In this document: positions 16,056 through 26,269 of the stretch, one piece after another | Layout of the letters: every line of letters starts with the position of its first letter | Position numbering within the stretch: the first letter of the stretch is position 1 | Position numbers and translations under genes: made by a program | Notes under the pieces: generated by a model | What the model was told of the DNA's origin: nothing | The model's input: only the letters and a program-made list of their open reading frames with translations | Databases searched by the model: none | DNA from: Desulfatibacillum sp. | GTDB taxonomy: Bacteria > Desulfobacterota > Desulfobacteria > Desulfobacterales > SpSt-501 | DNA: 64,000 bases | Reading direction: 5' to 3' | NCBI GenBank assembly: GCA_020725555.1 | Contig: DYEU01000032.1 | Location: 241,656 to 305,655, forward strand

Positions 16056-18724
16056 CGCCCGCGATCGCCTTCGTTTCCCTGCGGGGCGGGCGCCAGGGAA
16101 CAGCTCCCCGACCCACCCCCTTCCGGGTCCAGCCGGTAATTGCCTTCCAGGAAACAGCGCGTCAGCTGCCGGACATGCTCGTCCGTGTGCATGATCATGT
16201 CCATCTGGCGGGTGAAGAGGAGCAGGCTGCCCAGCATGGTGAGCATCGCCTCGATCTCGGGCTCCGGCTGCTTGTCCAGCCGCGCCCGGACATTGTCGCC
16301 CTGCGTGTCCACGAGAAAGCCGTGGTGGGCGAGAACCTGCTCGATCATGCGCGCGCGGCGCGCCCGGCGCACGTCGTCCGCCGCCCCGCCCTTGAACTGG
16401 AAATGGATGTAGTTCTTGGCCGGCGTTTTGCCGCAGTAGCTGTCGAGCACGCTGTAGTGGTAGCCCACCCGGGAGCTGAAGTTGAGGTATTTGTCGGAAA
16501 TGATGGCGTAGCTGCGGTCGCCGAAGCGCTCGTTGCCCACCCCCGGCTGGGAGGTCATCTGCTCGCTTAAAACGGACATGAACCCGCTCAGGTTGACCGG
16601 CCGGGGGTGTGGCGAGGAGAGAGCGGGGTGCAGCATCCCCCGCAGCAGGGCGCGGAAGGGGACGGAGAGGACCTGCTCCGGGGTGACAACGGATGCCCGG
16701 GTCGCATCCACGGAGAGCCCGCCGAAGAGGTCGATCACGTAGAGATCGAGCGGCACCGGGGCCTTGAGCCGCACGGAGATGCGGCTGCGGTCGGTCACCA
16801 GATCGCCGAGCTGGAAGACCACCGCGTAGGCGGTCTCGTGGACGAAGCGCATGATATCGTGAATGGTGCGGCAGTGTTCCTCGCTGAACTGCGGCGACTT
16901 GGGATCGGTCAGGTGGAGGGGCACGATCCGGTCCGCGCGCCGCCGCAGGGCCTGATAGGCGGGCCCACGGGTGAAAACACCCCCCCGCTGCACCGCCGCC
17001 TCGAGGATTTCCGGAACGCGGCCCAGGTAGACCCGGCCGTGGTAAGCGTCGACGGTCACCTCCGCGCCGGGGGGGATCGCCTCCGTCGCCCGCCGGGCGT
17101 TGAGCAGGGTGGGCACCAAGTATTCGCGGGCGAGCGACGCCATGTGGCAGACGACGCCGCCGGTGTCGGTCACGATGGCCCGCGCCTTGTTCATGGCGAT
17201 GACATACTGCGGCGAGGGGTGCACGGCGACGAGGACGGCGCCCTCCGGAAAGTCGGCGAGGTCCCGTTCCGTCCGCACGTGCACGGCGGGCCCGCAGCCC
17301 ACGCCGATGCAGGCGATCTCGGCCCCTTCGAGGAGGGTCACGGCACCGGGCGGGGCCTCGGGGATGGGGCAATCGCGGCCGGCTTCGCAGCCCTCGATGC
17401 GGAGCGGCCGGGTCTGCAGGATCACGACCCGCCCCTCCTCGTCGAGCGCCCACTCGACGTCCTGGGGAGCCTGGAAGTGCGCCTCCAGCCTTCGTGCGGC
17501 CGCCGCGAGCTCGGCGGCTTGGCCGTCGCTCAGGCTGGGAAGGCGGCGTTCCTCCGCGGGGACTTCCTGCTCGGCGACGGACCCGCCGGGAAGGGGGATG
17601 AGCCGGACCGCCTGGTCGCCGGGGCGTTTCTCGACCAGCCGCGGGGGATCGGATTTCTCAAAGACGTAGTGGTCCGGAGGGACGATGCCCTCCACCGCGT
17701 AGGGCCCCAGGCCGCGGACGGCCTGGATGAGGATGCGGTCGTCGAAGGGGTTCACCGGGTGGCGGGTGTAGAGCACGCCGCTCGCCCGCGCCGGGATCAT
17801 CTCCAGGCAGGCGACCGCCATCGCGGCCTCGTGGAAGGGAATGCCCATGTGCAGCCGGTAGGCGATCGCCCGGGGGGAAAAGAGGCTGGCCACGACGTTC
17901 TTGTATTCGGCGAGCACCCGTTCCCGGGGCACGTTCAGCACCGTGAGGTACTGGCCGGCAAAGGAGAGGGTCGCGTCCTCGCCGATGGCGCTGCTGCGCA
18001 TGGAAATGCACAGCGGACGGCGGGAGGGCGGGGCTGAGGCCTCAAGCTCGTCGAAGGCTTCGAGGATCGCCCGCCCCAGACTGGGCGGCACCTCGGCCTC
18101 GGCGATCAGCATCTGGATCTGCTCGCTCACCTGGAGGATGGTTTCGGTCTCGATGATGTCGACCTTGGCCTTGAGGCGGCGGACGACTTCCTCGAGCCGG
18201 TTGGCGGCCATAAAATGCTCGAAGGCGGCCGTGGTCACGGCAAACCCCCGCGGCACGGAGAGCCGGACGCGGTTGCGGATCTCGGCGAGGTTGGCGTTCT
18301 TTTCCCCCACGGCGGGGGCGAATTCCCGCGAGGGGATGTCCGCATAGCGCAGGACGAATTCGCGGCTGACGGCCGGCACGGCGCGGTTCTCCTCGGCCTC
18401 CCCCTTGACGGCGTTCTGGATCGCCTCGAGCGCGCACCGCAGGTGGGGATAGGGCCGGCCGGACATCTTCTCGATGCAATCGATCATGCGGCCGCAATGG
18501 AAGAAGGTTCGGAGCGTCTGGGCCTCGATGTAGGGGAAGCCGAAGGGGGCCTTGCCGCGCAGTTTGTCCTCGATGTCGGCGATGATCTTGAGCAGCTCGG
18601 TGTTCGATTCGAGCAGGAGCTTGAAATTGTCGTAGCGGACGGCGAAGCGGGCCATCACCTCCCGGCGGGGGCTCGACCGGAGGGACCGAAAGAGGTTGAA
18701 AATCGGAAGATCCAGGATGTTCAT
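16052..18724 (-). CDS. PEP/pyruvate-binding plus PEP-utilising mobile-domain protein with uncharacterised N- and C-terminal regions (890 aa)
   Basis: PPDK_N-like ATP-grasp (VGEKNANLAEI, MRSSAIGEDATLSFAGQY, DVEWALDEEGRVVILQTRP). Swivel His motif TDTGGVVCHMASLAREYLVP. About 300-aa C-terminal region without the canonical PEP-utilizers_C motifs. Confidence 0.85.
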   Translation of the reverse strand: MNILDLPIFNLFRSLRSSPRREVMARFAVRYDNFKLLLESNTELLKIIADIEDKLRGKAPFGFPYIEAQTLRTFFHCGRMIDCIEKMSGRPYPHLRCALEAIQNAVKGEAEENRAVPAVSREFVLRYADIPSREFAPAVGEKNANLAEIRNRVRLSVPRGFAVTTAAFEHFMAANRLEEVVRRLKAKVDIIETETILQVSEQIQMLIAEAEVPPSLGRAILEAFDELEASAPPSRRPLCISMRSSAIGEDATLSFAGQYLTVLNVPRERVLAEYKNVVASLFSPRAIAYRLHMGIPFHEAAMAVACLEMIPARASGVLYTRHPVNPFDDRILIQAVRGLGPYAVEGIVPPDHYVFEKSDPPRLVEKRPGDQAVRLIPLPGGSVAEQEVPAEERRLPSLSDGQAAELAAAARRLEAHFQAPQDVEWALDEEGRVVILQTRPLRIEGCEAGRDCPIPEAPPGAVTLLEGAEIACIGVGCGPAVHVRTERDLADFPEGAVLVAVHPSPQYVIAMNKARAIVTDTGGVVCHMASLAREYLVPTLLNARRATEAIPPGAEVTVDAYHGRVYLGRVPEILEAAVQRGGVFTRGPAYQALRRRADRIVPLHLTDPKSPQFSEEHCRTIHDIMRFVHETAYAVVFQLGDLVTDRSRISVRLKAPVPLDLYVIDLFGGLSVDATRASVVTPEQVLSVPFRALLRGMLHPALSSPHPRPVNLSGFMSVLSEQMTSQPGVGNERFGDRSYAIISDKYLNFSSRVGYHYSVLDSYCGKTPAKNYIHFQFKGGAADDVRRARRARMIEQVLAHHGFLVDTQGDNVRARLDKQPEPEIEAMLTMLGSLLLFTRQMDMIMHTDEHVRQLTRCFLEGNYRLDPEGGGSGSCSLAPAPQGNEGDRGR

Positions 18725-18817
18725 AGGCTCCCCTGGAACCGGTCCGGGTGCATCCCTGACGGCCGCGGCACGATACCACGAAACCGGGCGAAAAGACGAG
18801 CCGCCGGCGCACCCCCC

Positions 18818-18846
18818 TTGTCAAGGGGAAAGGGCCGCCCTATAAG
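18818..18846 (+). promoter_or_regulatory. Candidate sigma-70-type promoter of metY
   Basis: TTGTCA (18818-18823), 17-nt spacer, TATAAG (18841-18846). AAGGAG RBS before the ATG at 18883. Confidence 0.45.
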
Positions 18847-18882
18847 GGTTTTCATTCCCACATCGCACACAAGGAGCCCACC

Positions 18883-20193
18883 ATGGCCGCGTCCACGCCG
18901 CACCTGGAAACCCTGGTCCTGCACGCCGGGCACACCCCCGACGCCCAGACGCTCTCCCGCGCCGTCCCCATCTACCAGACAACGAGCTTCGTCTTCCGCG
19001 ACACGCGCCACGCCGCCGACCTCTTCGCCCTGCGCGACACGAGCGGCTACATCTACACGCGCATCGGCAACCCGACGACCGATGTTCTCGAGCGGCGCCT
19101 GGCCGCGATCCACGGCGGATCGGCCGCGATCTGCACCGCCTCGGGCATGGCGGCCGTCTTCTACACCGTGGCCGCGATCACCGGGGCGGGCCAGAACCTC
19201 GTCTCGGGCTCGAACCTCTACGGCGGGACCCACGTCCTCTTCGAAAACACGCTCCGGCGCTTCGGCATCGAGGTCCGCTTCGTCGACACCGGCCGCCCCG
19301 ACGAGGTCGAGGCGGCGATCGACGAAAACACGCGCCTGCTCTACACCGAGAGCATCGGCAACCCGCGCTGCAACGTCGACGACTTCGCCGCCCTCGCCGC
19401 GATCGCCCGCCGGCGGCGCATCCCCTTCGTCGTCGACAACACCGTCTCGCCGCCCCCCATCTTCAACCCCTTCGAACACGGCGCGGATTTGGCGATCTAC
19501 TCCCTCACCAAGATCGTCGGCGGCCACGGCAACAGCATCGGCGGGGCGGTGGTCGAGGCCGGCCGCTTCGACTGGGCCGGGGCGGGCAAGTACCCCGAAA
19601 TCACCGCCCCCGACCCGAGCTACCATGGGCTGAATTTCTGGGAGGCGCTCTGCTCGCTCGAGGGCACCCCCTGCAGCGCCTTCTGCGTCAAGCTGCGGAC
19701 CGGCCTGATGCGCGACATCGGGGCCGCGCTCAGCCCGATGAACAGCTTCCTCATCCTCCAGGGGCTGGAGACGCTGCCGCTGCGGGCGCGCGCCCACTGC
19801 GAAAACGCGCGCGCCGTCGCCGCCTTTCTGGAATCCCACCCGCTCGTCCGCTGGGTGAACTACGCCGGACTCCCCAGCCATCCGGACCACGAGCGGGCGC
19901 GCCGCTATTTCCCCCTGGGTCCCAGCGCGGTGTTCGGGTTCGGGCTCCGGGGCGGCCTCGAGGCCGGCCGCCGCTTCATCGAGTCGGTGCGGCTCTGCTC
20001 GCATCTGGCGAACATCCTCGATGCGCGCACCCTCGTCATCCACCCGGCCTCGACGACCCACTCGCAGCTCTCCCCGGAGGAGCAGCGCCGCGCGGGGGTG
20101 GAGCCGGAGATGGTGCGCATCTCGGTCGGCATCGAGCACCTCGACGATATCCTGGCGGACCTGGACCAGGCGCTGAAAGCGGCCCATGGCTGA
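18883..20193 (+). CDS. metY: O-acetylhomoserine aminocarboxypropyltransferase / sulfhydrylase (PLP-dependent)
   Basis: HTPDAQT..VPIYQTTSF, YTRIGNPT and YSLTKIVGGHGNSIGG (PLP Lys) motifs. About 430 aa. Confidence 0.9.
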   Translation: MAASTPHLETLVLHAGHTPDAQTLSRAVPIYQTTSFVFRDTRHAADLFALRDTSGYIYTRIGNPTTDVLERRLAAIHGGSAAICTASGMAAVFYTVAAITGAGQNLVSGSNLYGGTHVLFENTLRRFGIEVRFVDTGRPDEVEAAIDENTRLLYTESIGNPRCNVDDFAALAAIARRRRIPFVVDNTVSPPPIFNPFEHGADLAIYSLTKIVGGHGNSIGGAVVEAGRFDWAGAGKYPEITAPDPSYHGLNFWEALCSLEGTPCSAFCVKLRTGLMRDIGAALSPMNSFLILQGLETLPLRARAHCENARAVAAFLESHPLVRWVNYAGLPSHPDHERARRYFPLGPSAVFGFGLRGGLEAGRRFIESVRLCSHLANILDARTLVIHPASTTHSQLSPEEQRRAGVEPEMVRISVGIEHLDDILADLDQALKAAHG

Positions 20194-20208
20194 GGCGCAC
20201 GGCCGCGC

Positions 20209-21405
20209 TCAGCCCCTTGCGGGGGGCTCCTCCGGCGCGGCGGGGGCGTTCGCGACCCGCCCCGTCCCGAGAAGAGCGAGCACCCGCCGGGCGACCTCGA
20301 AGGCGGCCTCCGGCCGGGCCAGGCGCTTCGCCTGACGCTTGAGGCGGCTCAGGCGCGGGGGGTCGGCGAGCAGGCGTTCGATTTTCCAGGTCAGGGTGGC
20401 GATCGGCCCGATTTTCACTGCCGCCCCGTTTTCCAGCAGATAATCGGCGTTGCGGCTTTCCTGTCCGGGAATGGGGTTGACGATCGCAAACGGCGTCCCC
20501 CGCGCCAGGATCTCGGAAGCGGTCAGGCCGCCCGGCTTGCTGATCACGAGATCGGCGACCGCAAGCCAGCGGTCCAGCTCGGAGGTGTATCCCAGCACCC
20601 GGAGGCGATGGGGGGAAGGCGGCGCAAGCGCCGCCAGGCGCCGCTCGAGCCGGGCGTTGCGGCCGCAGACCACGACCGCCTCGATCGGCCGCGCGATCGC
20701 CAGCACGGATGCGAGAATCGACTCGACCGGGCCGACGCCGAACCCGCCGGAGAGCAGGAGCACGATCGGCCGCTCGCCCTGGCACCCCAGGGCCTGCAGG
20801 CAGGGCCCGCGGCGCACGGGGCGGCCGAAGGCCGGATGGATCGGGATCCCCGTGACCGCGATCCGCTCCGCGGAAACGCCGAGCGCCCGGACGTAGGCCG
20901 CGCACTCGGAGGTGGCAAGGAAGTAATGCTCGCAGGGCTCCTGGACCCAGAGGCGATGGGCCATGAAATCGGTCACCACCGTCACCTGGGGGAGGCTCGT
21001 CTTGCCGCGCCGTCGCAGCGAGGCGATGATCTCCGCAGGCAGAAAGTGGGTGTTGATCACGAGGTCCCAGGGCTTGGCCTGCAGGAGCTTGAGAAAGGGC
21101 TTGAGGTTCTGCTTCTCCAGGGCGACCCGCAGCGCGGCCGCCGCCGGGTCTTTGGGGGAGGGACGGTCGAGGACGTCGTAGACGAAGCCGAGAAGATGCG
21201 GGGCGCGGTTTGCGAAATCGAGGTAGCCCTTGCCGTAGAGACGGCGGAAGGCCTTGCTGGCCAGGCTCAGGACGTCGCGGTTCTCGATCGCGCAGCCGGG
21301 GGCGAGCTCCCGCAGGGCGAGCTCAACCGCCTCGGCGGCCCGCAGGTGCCCGCCGCCGACCGATGCCGAAAGAATGAGGATGCGCGCCGCGGGGGAAGGC
21401 TCCAT
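20209..21405 (-). CDS. MGDG-synthase/UgtP-family diacylglycerol glycosyltransferase (GT28-like)
   Basis: N-terminal ILILSASVGGGHLRAAEA motif and HFLPAEI..., typical of the MGDG_synth domain. ATG at 21405 chosen; the 29 codons upstream in the track ORF are Arg-rich and lack support. Confidence 0.8.
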   Translation of the reverse strand: MEPSPAARILILSASVGGGHLRAAEAVELALRELAPGCAIENRDVLSLASKAFRRLYGKGYLDFANRAPHLLGFVYDVLDRPSPKDPAAAALRVALEKQNLKPFLKLLQAKPWDLVINTHFLPAEIIASLRRRGKTSLPQVTVVTDFMAHRLWVQEPCEHYFLATSECAAYVRALGVSAERIAVTGIPIHPAFGRPVRRGPCLQALGCQGERPIVLLLSGGFGVGPVESILASVLAIARPIEAVVVCGRNARLERRLAALAPPSPHRLRVLGYTSELDRWLAVADLVISKPGGLTASEILARGTPFAIVNPIPGQESRNADYLLENGAAVKIGPIATLTWKIERLLADPPRLSRLKRQAKRLARPEAAFEVARRVLALLGTGRVANAPAAPEEPPARG

Positions 21406-21499
21406 GTACCGCAACCGGGGGGGATGCCGGTTCACCTTCTTTCGAAGTACCGAAACGCGGCGCCGCAGGCAAGGGAAATTCCCGCCGGGCAATCCAAAT

Positions 21500-21528
21500 C
21501 TAGCTGGATCCTAGCCTCAGGCCAACGA
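21500..21528 (+). promoter_or_regulatory. Candidate Pho box upstream of phoB (three 11-bp-phased units)
   Basis: CTAGCTG (21500), CTAGCCT (21511) and CCAACGA (21522). 70-100 bp upstream of the phoB ATG. Confidence 0.45.
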
Positions 21529-21598
21529 AAGGAAAACAGAATGATCGCTTCGGAGCCTCGGCAGACCATGCCGGGCCCGTCAGGGAGGGGTTGAGCCG

Positions 21599-22291
21599 AT
21601 GGCCAAAGAGCGCATCCTGGTCGTCGACGATGAGGAAGACATCGTCGAACTGGTCCGTTTTCACCTCGCCCGCGAGGGGTTCGCCGTGGAGACGGCCGCA
21701 AGCGGCGAGGAGGCCCTGAAGAAAGTCCGGCAGGGGGCCTTTGCGCTGCTCGTCCTGGACCTCATGCTCCCCGGGCTGGACGGCCTGGAGGTCGCCCGTG
21801 CCCTGAAGGCCGAAACCCGCACCGCGGGCCTTCCGATCGTCATGCTGACGGCCAAGGGCGAGGACGCCGACGTCGTGGCCGGCCTCGAGCTCGGGGCCGA
21901 CGACTACGTCACCAAGCCGTTCAGCCCGCGGGTTCTGCTCGCCCGCATCAAGGCCGTCTTGCGGCGCCGCTCGCGGGCGGCGGTCGACGACCAGAGCGTG
22001 ATCACGATCCACGATCTCGAGATCCACCCCGGGCGGCGCTCGGTCCTCGCGGGCGGAAAACCGATCGACCTCACCTTCACCGAGTTCCAGCTGCTCACGT
22101 TTTTGGCCCGCCGCCCCGGATGGGTGTTCACCCGCTCCCAGATCGTGGATGCCGTGCGCGGGACCGACTACCCCGTCACCGACCGCAGCGTCGATGTCCA
22201 GGTGGTGGGCCTGCGGAAGAAGCTCGGCCCCTACGGCCGCTACATCGAGACGGTGCGCGGGGTGGGGTACCGCTTCCGCGAGGCGCCATGA
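21599..22291 (+). CDS. phoB: OmpR-family response regulator PhoB
   Basis: REC domain (ILVVDDEEDI, LDLMLPGLDG, MLTAKG) plus winged-helix (TVRGVGYRF). Coupled to a PhoR-like kinase and surrounded by pst, phn and phoU genes. Confidence 0.9.
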   Translation: MAKERILVVDDEEDIVELVRFHLAREGFAVETAASGEEALKKVRQGAFALLVLDLMLPGLDGLEVARALKAETRTAGLPIVMLTAKGEDADVVAGLELGADDYVTKPFSPRVLLARIKAVLRRRSRAAVDDQSVITIHDLEIHPGRRSVLAGGKPIDLTFTEFQLLTFLARRPGWVFTRSQIVDAVRGTDYPVTDRSVDVQVVGLRKKLGPYGRYIETVRGVGYRFREAP

Positions 22292-24117
22292 AGCCGCCCC
22301 GCAGACTCCTCTGGCGCCTCTTTTTCTCCTATCTCTTCATCGCCCTCGGGGCGCTTTCCGTGGCGGGATGGCATTTCTCCCGCGGCCTGGAACGATTCTT
22401 CGAAGAGCAGCTCACCGCCGACCTCTTCGGCCGCGCCCGGCTGATCGAACAGGAAATCCAGCCGCTGCTCGATCCACTGCAGGCCGAGGCCGTGGACGCC
22501 GTCTGCAAGCGGCTGGGGCGCCACGCCAACACCCGCTTCAGCGTCGTACTCCCCGAGGGCAAGGTCATCGGCGACACCTGGGCGGCCCCGGATACCCTGG
22601 ACAACCACGCCGGCCGGCCGGAAATCGCCGCGGCCCTCGCCTCCGGATCCGGCCGCGCCCGGCGCTACAGCTCCACCCTGCGCCAGAACGTGCTCTATGC
22701 CGCCGTGGCCGTCGAGTCCGAGGGGCGGCGCCTCGGCGTCGTCCGGGCGGCCTTTCCGCTCTCGCACATGGAAGCCCAGATGGCGGAGATCCGCCTCGAG
22801 TTCTTCGCCGTCGGGGCCCTCGTGGCCCTGCTCGCCCTAGCCGTCACGCTGCTGATCTCCCGCCGCTACGGCCGCAAGGTCGAGGAGCTCAAGGACGGGG
22901 CGCGGCGGCTCGCCCGCGGCGAGCTCGGCCATCGTCTCCCCATCCCCGATTCCGAGGAGCTCGGCGGGCTCGCCGAGTCCCTCAACCGCATGGCCGCCGA
23001 GCTCGAGGCACGCCTGCAAACCGTGGTGCGCCAGCGAAACGAGCTCGAGGCCGTGCTCTCGAGCATGGTGGAAGGGGTCATCGCGGTCGACCCCGGGGAG
23101 CGCATCCTCAGCCTAAACCCCGCCGCCGCGCGCTGGTTCGAACTCGACGCGGAGCGGGTGCGCGGGAAAACCATCCCCGAGGCGGTCCGCAACCACGCCA
23201 TCCAGCAGTTCATCCTGCGCGCCCTGGCGACGCCCGCCGTGCTGGAAGAGGACATCACCGTCTACCGCGACGGCGAGCGCATCCTGAACATCCGGAGCAC
23301 CCCGCTGCGCGGCGCCGGGACGGAGGCGATCGGCGTCCTCATCGTCTTCAGCGACGTCACCCGCCTCAGGCGCCTCGAGGAGGTGCGCCGCGATTTCGTG
23401 GCCAACGTCTCCCACGAGATCAAGACCCCTCTCACGGCCATCCAGGGGTTCGTCGAGACGCTGCAACAGCACGGCTTCGAGAACCCGGCGGAGGCCTCGC
23501 GCTTTCTGCAGATCATCGCGCGGCACGCCGACCGCCTCAAGGCCATCGTGGACGACCTGCTTTTGCTCTCACGGATCGAAAACGAGGGCGAGCGCGGAGG
23601 GCTCAAGCTCGAGCCGGTGCGTCTGGAGCGGCTGCTGCAAAGCGCGGTGCAGATCTGTCGCCTCCCGGCCCAGGAAAAGGGGATCCCGATCACGGTGGAG
23701 GCCGACCCCTCCCTGTTCACCGCCGCCGACCCCGTGCTCCTCGAGCAGGCCGTGGTCAACCTGCTGGACAACGCGATCAAGTACAGCGACCCCGGCAAAC
23801 CCGTCGCCGTGCGCTGCCGCGCCACCGGGGGGATCGTGGCGATCGAGGTCGAGGACCGCGGCATCGGCATCGAGCGCAAACACCTGCCCCGCCTCTTCGA
23901 GCGCTTCTACCGCGCAGACAAGGCACGCAGCCGAAGCCAGGGGGGGACCGGGCTGGGCCTGGCGATCGTCAAGCACATCGCCCAGGCGCACGGGGGGCGG
24001 GTCTCCGTGGAAAGCCGGGTGGGCGAGGGAAGCCGCTTCCGCATCGAGCTGCCGCTCGGCCGGGGCGGCGAGGCGGCCCCGGCGGCTGCCGATCAGCCGA
24101 AGCGGCCGGTGATGTAA
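22288..24117 (+). CDS. phoR: Phosphate-regulon sensor histidine kinase PhoR-like (2 TM with about 170-aa outer domain, HAMP, PAS, HisKA, HATPase)
   Basis: H-box [15 protein letters not shown]-boxes DRGIGI and [16 protein letters not shown] overlap with the phoB stop. Confidence 0.85.
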   Translation: MKPPRRLLWRLFFSYLFIALGALSVAGWHFSRGLERFFEEQLTADLFGRARLIEQEIQPLLDPLQAEAVDAVCKRLGRHANTRFSVVLPEGKVIGDTWAAPDTLDNHAGRPEIAAALASGSGRARRYSSTLRQNVLYAAVAVESEGRRLGVVRAAFPLSHMEAQMAEIRLEFFAVGALVALLALAVTLLISRRYGRKVEELKDGARRLARGELGHRLPIPDSEELGGLAESLNRMAAELEARLQTVVRQRNELEAVLSSMVEGVIAVDPGERILSLNPAAARWFELDAERVRGKTIPEAVRNHAIQQFILRALATPAVLEEDITVYRDGERILNIRSTPLRGAGTEAIGVLIVFSDVTRLRRLEEVRRDFVANVSHEIKTPLTAIQGFVETLQQHGFENPAEASRFLQIIARHADRLKAIVDDLLLLSRIENEGERGGLKLEPVRLERLLQSAVQICRLPAQEKGIPITVEADPSLFTAADPVLLEQAVVNLLDNAIKYSDPGKPVAVRCRATGGIVAIEVEDRGIGIERKHLPRLFERFYRADKARSRSQGGTGLGLAIVKHIAQAHGGRVSVESRVGEGSRFRIELPLGRGGEAAPAAADQPKRPVM

Positions 24118-24980
24118 TCCTGGGTGAGCGGGTGCCGGGGGTTGGTGAAGATCCGGTCGGTCGGGCCCACCTCGATCAGGTCCCCGAGGTGGAAGTAGGC
24201 GGTGCGCTGGGAGACCCGCGCCGCCTGCTGCATCGAGTGCGTGACGATGCAGATCGAGTACTGGGTCCGCAGCTCGAAGATCAGGTCCTCGATGACCGAG
24301 GTGGCGATGGGGTCGAGGGCCGAACAGGGCTCGTCCATCAGGATGATTTCGGGGTTGACGGCGATCGTGCGCGCGATGCACAGGCGCTGCTGCTGCCCGC
24401 CGGAGAGCCCGGTCCCGGGCTCGTGCAACCGGTCCTTCACCTCATCCCACAGGCCCGCCTTGCGCAGGGCCCTCTCGACGATCTCGTCGAGCTCGGCGCG
24501 GTTGCGCGCCAGGCCGTGGATGCGCGGGCCGTAGGCCACGTTTTCGTAGACCGACTTGGGAAAGGGGTTGGGTTTCTGGAAGACCATCCCCACTTGGGCG
24601 CGAAGCGGCACGACGTCGACCTTGCGGTCGTAGATGTTCACGCCGTCAAGCAGGATCTCGCCCGTCACCCGGCACCCCTCGATCGTGTCGTTCATGCGGT
24701 TCAGGCAGCGGATGAAGGTCGACTTGCCGCACCCCGAGGGGCCGATCATGGCGAGGACCTCGTTGCGGCCGATGTCGATCGAGACGTTGCGGATCGCCTG
24801 CTTGTCGCCGTAGAAGACGTTGACGCCGCGGCAGACCATGCGCGGGTTTTCGACCGTCACCGTGCCCACGGTCTCGCGGCTTTCGCGATCCGGCCGGCCC
24901 CTGGCCGGCTCTTCGCCGGGTGATGTTCCCAAACCGACCCCCTTCGTCATGGCCTCTTCGACCCGCGTCAGGGTGAGCAT
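24093..24980 (-). CDS. pstB: Phosphate ABC transporter ATP-binding protein PstB
   Basis: [48 protein letters not shown], and a C-terminal [10 protein letters not shown] highly characteristic of PstB. Start uncertain (24980 or 24950). The 3' end overlaps the phoR 3' end by 25 nt. Confidence 0.92.
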   Translation of the reverse strand: MLTLTRVEEAMTKGVGLGTSPGEEPARGRPDRESRETVGTVTVENPRMVCRGVNVFYGDKQAIRNVSIDIGRNEVLAMIGPSGCGKSTFIRCLNRMNDTIEGCRVTGEILLDGVNIYDRKVDVVPLRAQVGMVFQKPNPFPKSVYENVAYGPRIHGLARNRAELDEIVERALRKAGLWDEVKDRLHEPGTGLSGGQQQRLCIARTIAVNPEIILMDEPCSALDPIATSVIEDLIFELRTQYSICIVTHSMQQAARVSQRTAYFHLGDLIEVGPTDRIFTNPRHPLTQDYITGRFG

Positions 24981-25035
24981 CGCCACACCGCCTTTCCTAG
25001 TAGCCGATGCCGCCGGCCCCGTAAAGACCGCAAAT

Positions 25036-25080
25036 CCGGGGCGGCTCCGCAGCGCTTCGGGCGCACGGAAACCGCCCCGG
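25036..25080 (-). other. Stem-loop between pstS and pstB (possible attenuator or mRNA-stability element)
   Basis: CCGGGGCGG (25036-25044) pairs with CCGCCCCGG (25072-25080). The 27-nt loop has an internal GCGC/GCGC pairing. Only a weak T-rich tail on the transcribed strand. Confidence 0.4.
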
Positions 25081-25096
25081 ACCCGGATTCCGGACT

Positions 25097-26149
25097 CTAT
25101 TTCGCTTCCTTCAGGACGACGAGGTTTTTCACGTTCTCGGCGACCTTCTTGCGCTCGGCCTCCGGGAGCGGGATCAGGCCCTTCTCGCTCAGGTAGCCGT
25201 CTTTGCCCCAGGCCTTCTCGCTCGTGAACTCGGCAAGGTATTCCTGGATCCCCGGGATCACGCCGACGTGCGCCTTTTTCACGTAGAAAAAGAGCGGCCG
25301 GGAGAGGGGGTACTTCCCGTCGGCGATGTTTTCGAAGCTGGGGACATGGCCGTCCACCTTGGCCCCCTGGATCTTGTCGGTGTTCTGGTCGAGGAAGCTG
25401 AAGCCGAAGATGCCCACGGCGTTCGGGTTGGCGACGAGCTTCTGCACGATCAGGTTGTCGTTTTCCCCGGCGTCCACCCAACCGCCGTCCTCGCGCAGCG
25501 AAGCAAACACCTTCTGGAACTTCTTGGCGTCCTCCTTGGAGAGCTTTTTCAGCGACTCGAAGGCGAGCGCACCGCGCTCCATGGCGAGCTCAAGAAAGGC
25601 ATCCCGCGTCCCCGAGGTGGGCGGCGGGCCGAGGACCTCGATCTTCACGTCCGGAAGCGCGGGGTTGACCTCTTTCCAGGTCTTGTAGGGGTTGGCCACC
25701 AGCGCCTCACCCCCCTTGGGGTCGGGGACCTCCTTGGCAAGCGCAAGGAAAATGTCCTTCGACGTAAACGACAGCGGGGGCGCCTTCTTCGAGTTGGCGA
25801 GCACGATCCCGTCGAAGCCGATCTTCACCTCGACGATCTCGGTCACGCCGTTTTTCTGGCAGGTCTCGAACTCGGAGGCCTTGATCGCCCGCGAGGCGTT
25901 GGAGATGTCCGGGTGCTGGACGCCGACCCCGGCGCAGAAGAGCTTGAAGCCGCCGCCCGTCCCGGTCGATTCGATCTTGGGGGTCTTGAACCCGCCCGCC
26001 TTGCCGAAACGCTCGGCCACGACCGTGGCGAAGGGATAGACGGTGGAGGAGCCGACGATGCTGATCGCATCGCGCTGCTGGGCCCGGGCCGGAATGACGG
26101 CGGCCAGGCAGAACACCAACGCCAGGGAAACAACGGTTAACCTCTTCAT
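25097..26149 (-). CDS. pstS: Phosphate ABC transporter substrate-binding protein (PstS family)
   Basis: Signal peptide [31 protein letters not shown] and SGTRDAF motifs. Confidence 0.88.
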   Translation of the reverse strand: MKRLTVVSLALVFCLAAVIPARAQQRDAISIVGSSTVYPFATVVAERFGKAGGFKTPKIESTGTGGGFKLFCAGVGVQHPDISNASRAIKASEFETCQKNGVTEIVEVKIGFDGIVLANSKKAPPLSFTSKDIFLALAKEVPDPKGGEALVANPYKTWKEVNPALPDVKIEVLGPPPTSGTRDAFLELAMERGALAFESLKKLSKEDAKKFQKVFASLREDGGWVDAGENDNLIVQKLVANPNAVGIFGFSFLDQNTDKIQGAKVDGHVPSFENIADGKYPLSRPLFFYVKKAHVGVIPGIQEYLAEFTSEKAWGKDGYLSEKGLIPLPEAERKKVAENVKNLVVLKEAK

Positions 26150-26247
26150 GAATGCCCTCCTTTTGCATTGGGGAGAATGTGGATTCTGTCGATGACGTCG
26201 GATCTGCGGGCAACGTAAGCGCCCGGCGTGAGCCGATTGTGGGGTTT

Positions 26248-26265
26248 GGGTTTGAATTCGGTTAG
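26248..26265 (-). promoter_or_regulatory. Candidate internal Pho box upstream of pstS (two units)
   Basis: + strand GGGTTTG (26248) and CGGTTAG (26259), 11 bp apart (gene orientation CTAACCG aatt CAAACCC). About 100 bp upstream of the pstS ATG, directly after the pstA stop. Confidence 0.45.
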
Positions 26266-26269
26266 GGAC

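Noticed and set aside
18725-18882. SAM or other riboswitch upstream of metY, or a Pho box for the 890-aa PEP-utilising gene
   Set aside because: The predicted metY 5' UTR is only about 30 nt, too short for a riboswitch aptamer. No 11-bp-phased CTAACCG/CGGTTAG-like units were found in this region.
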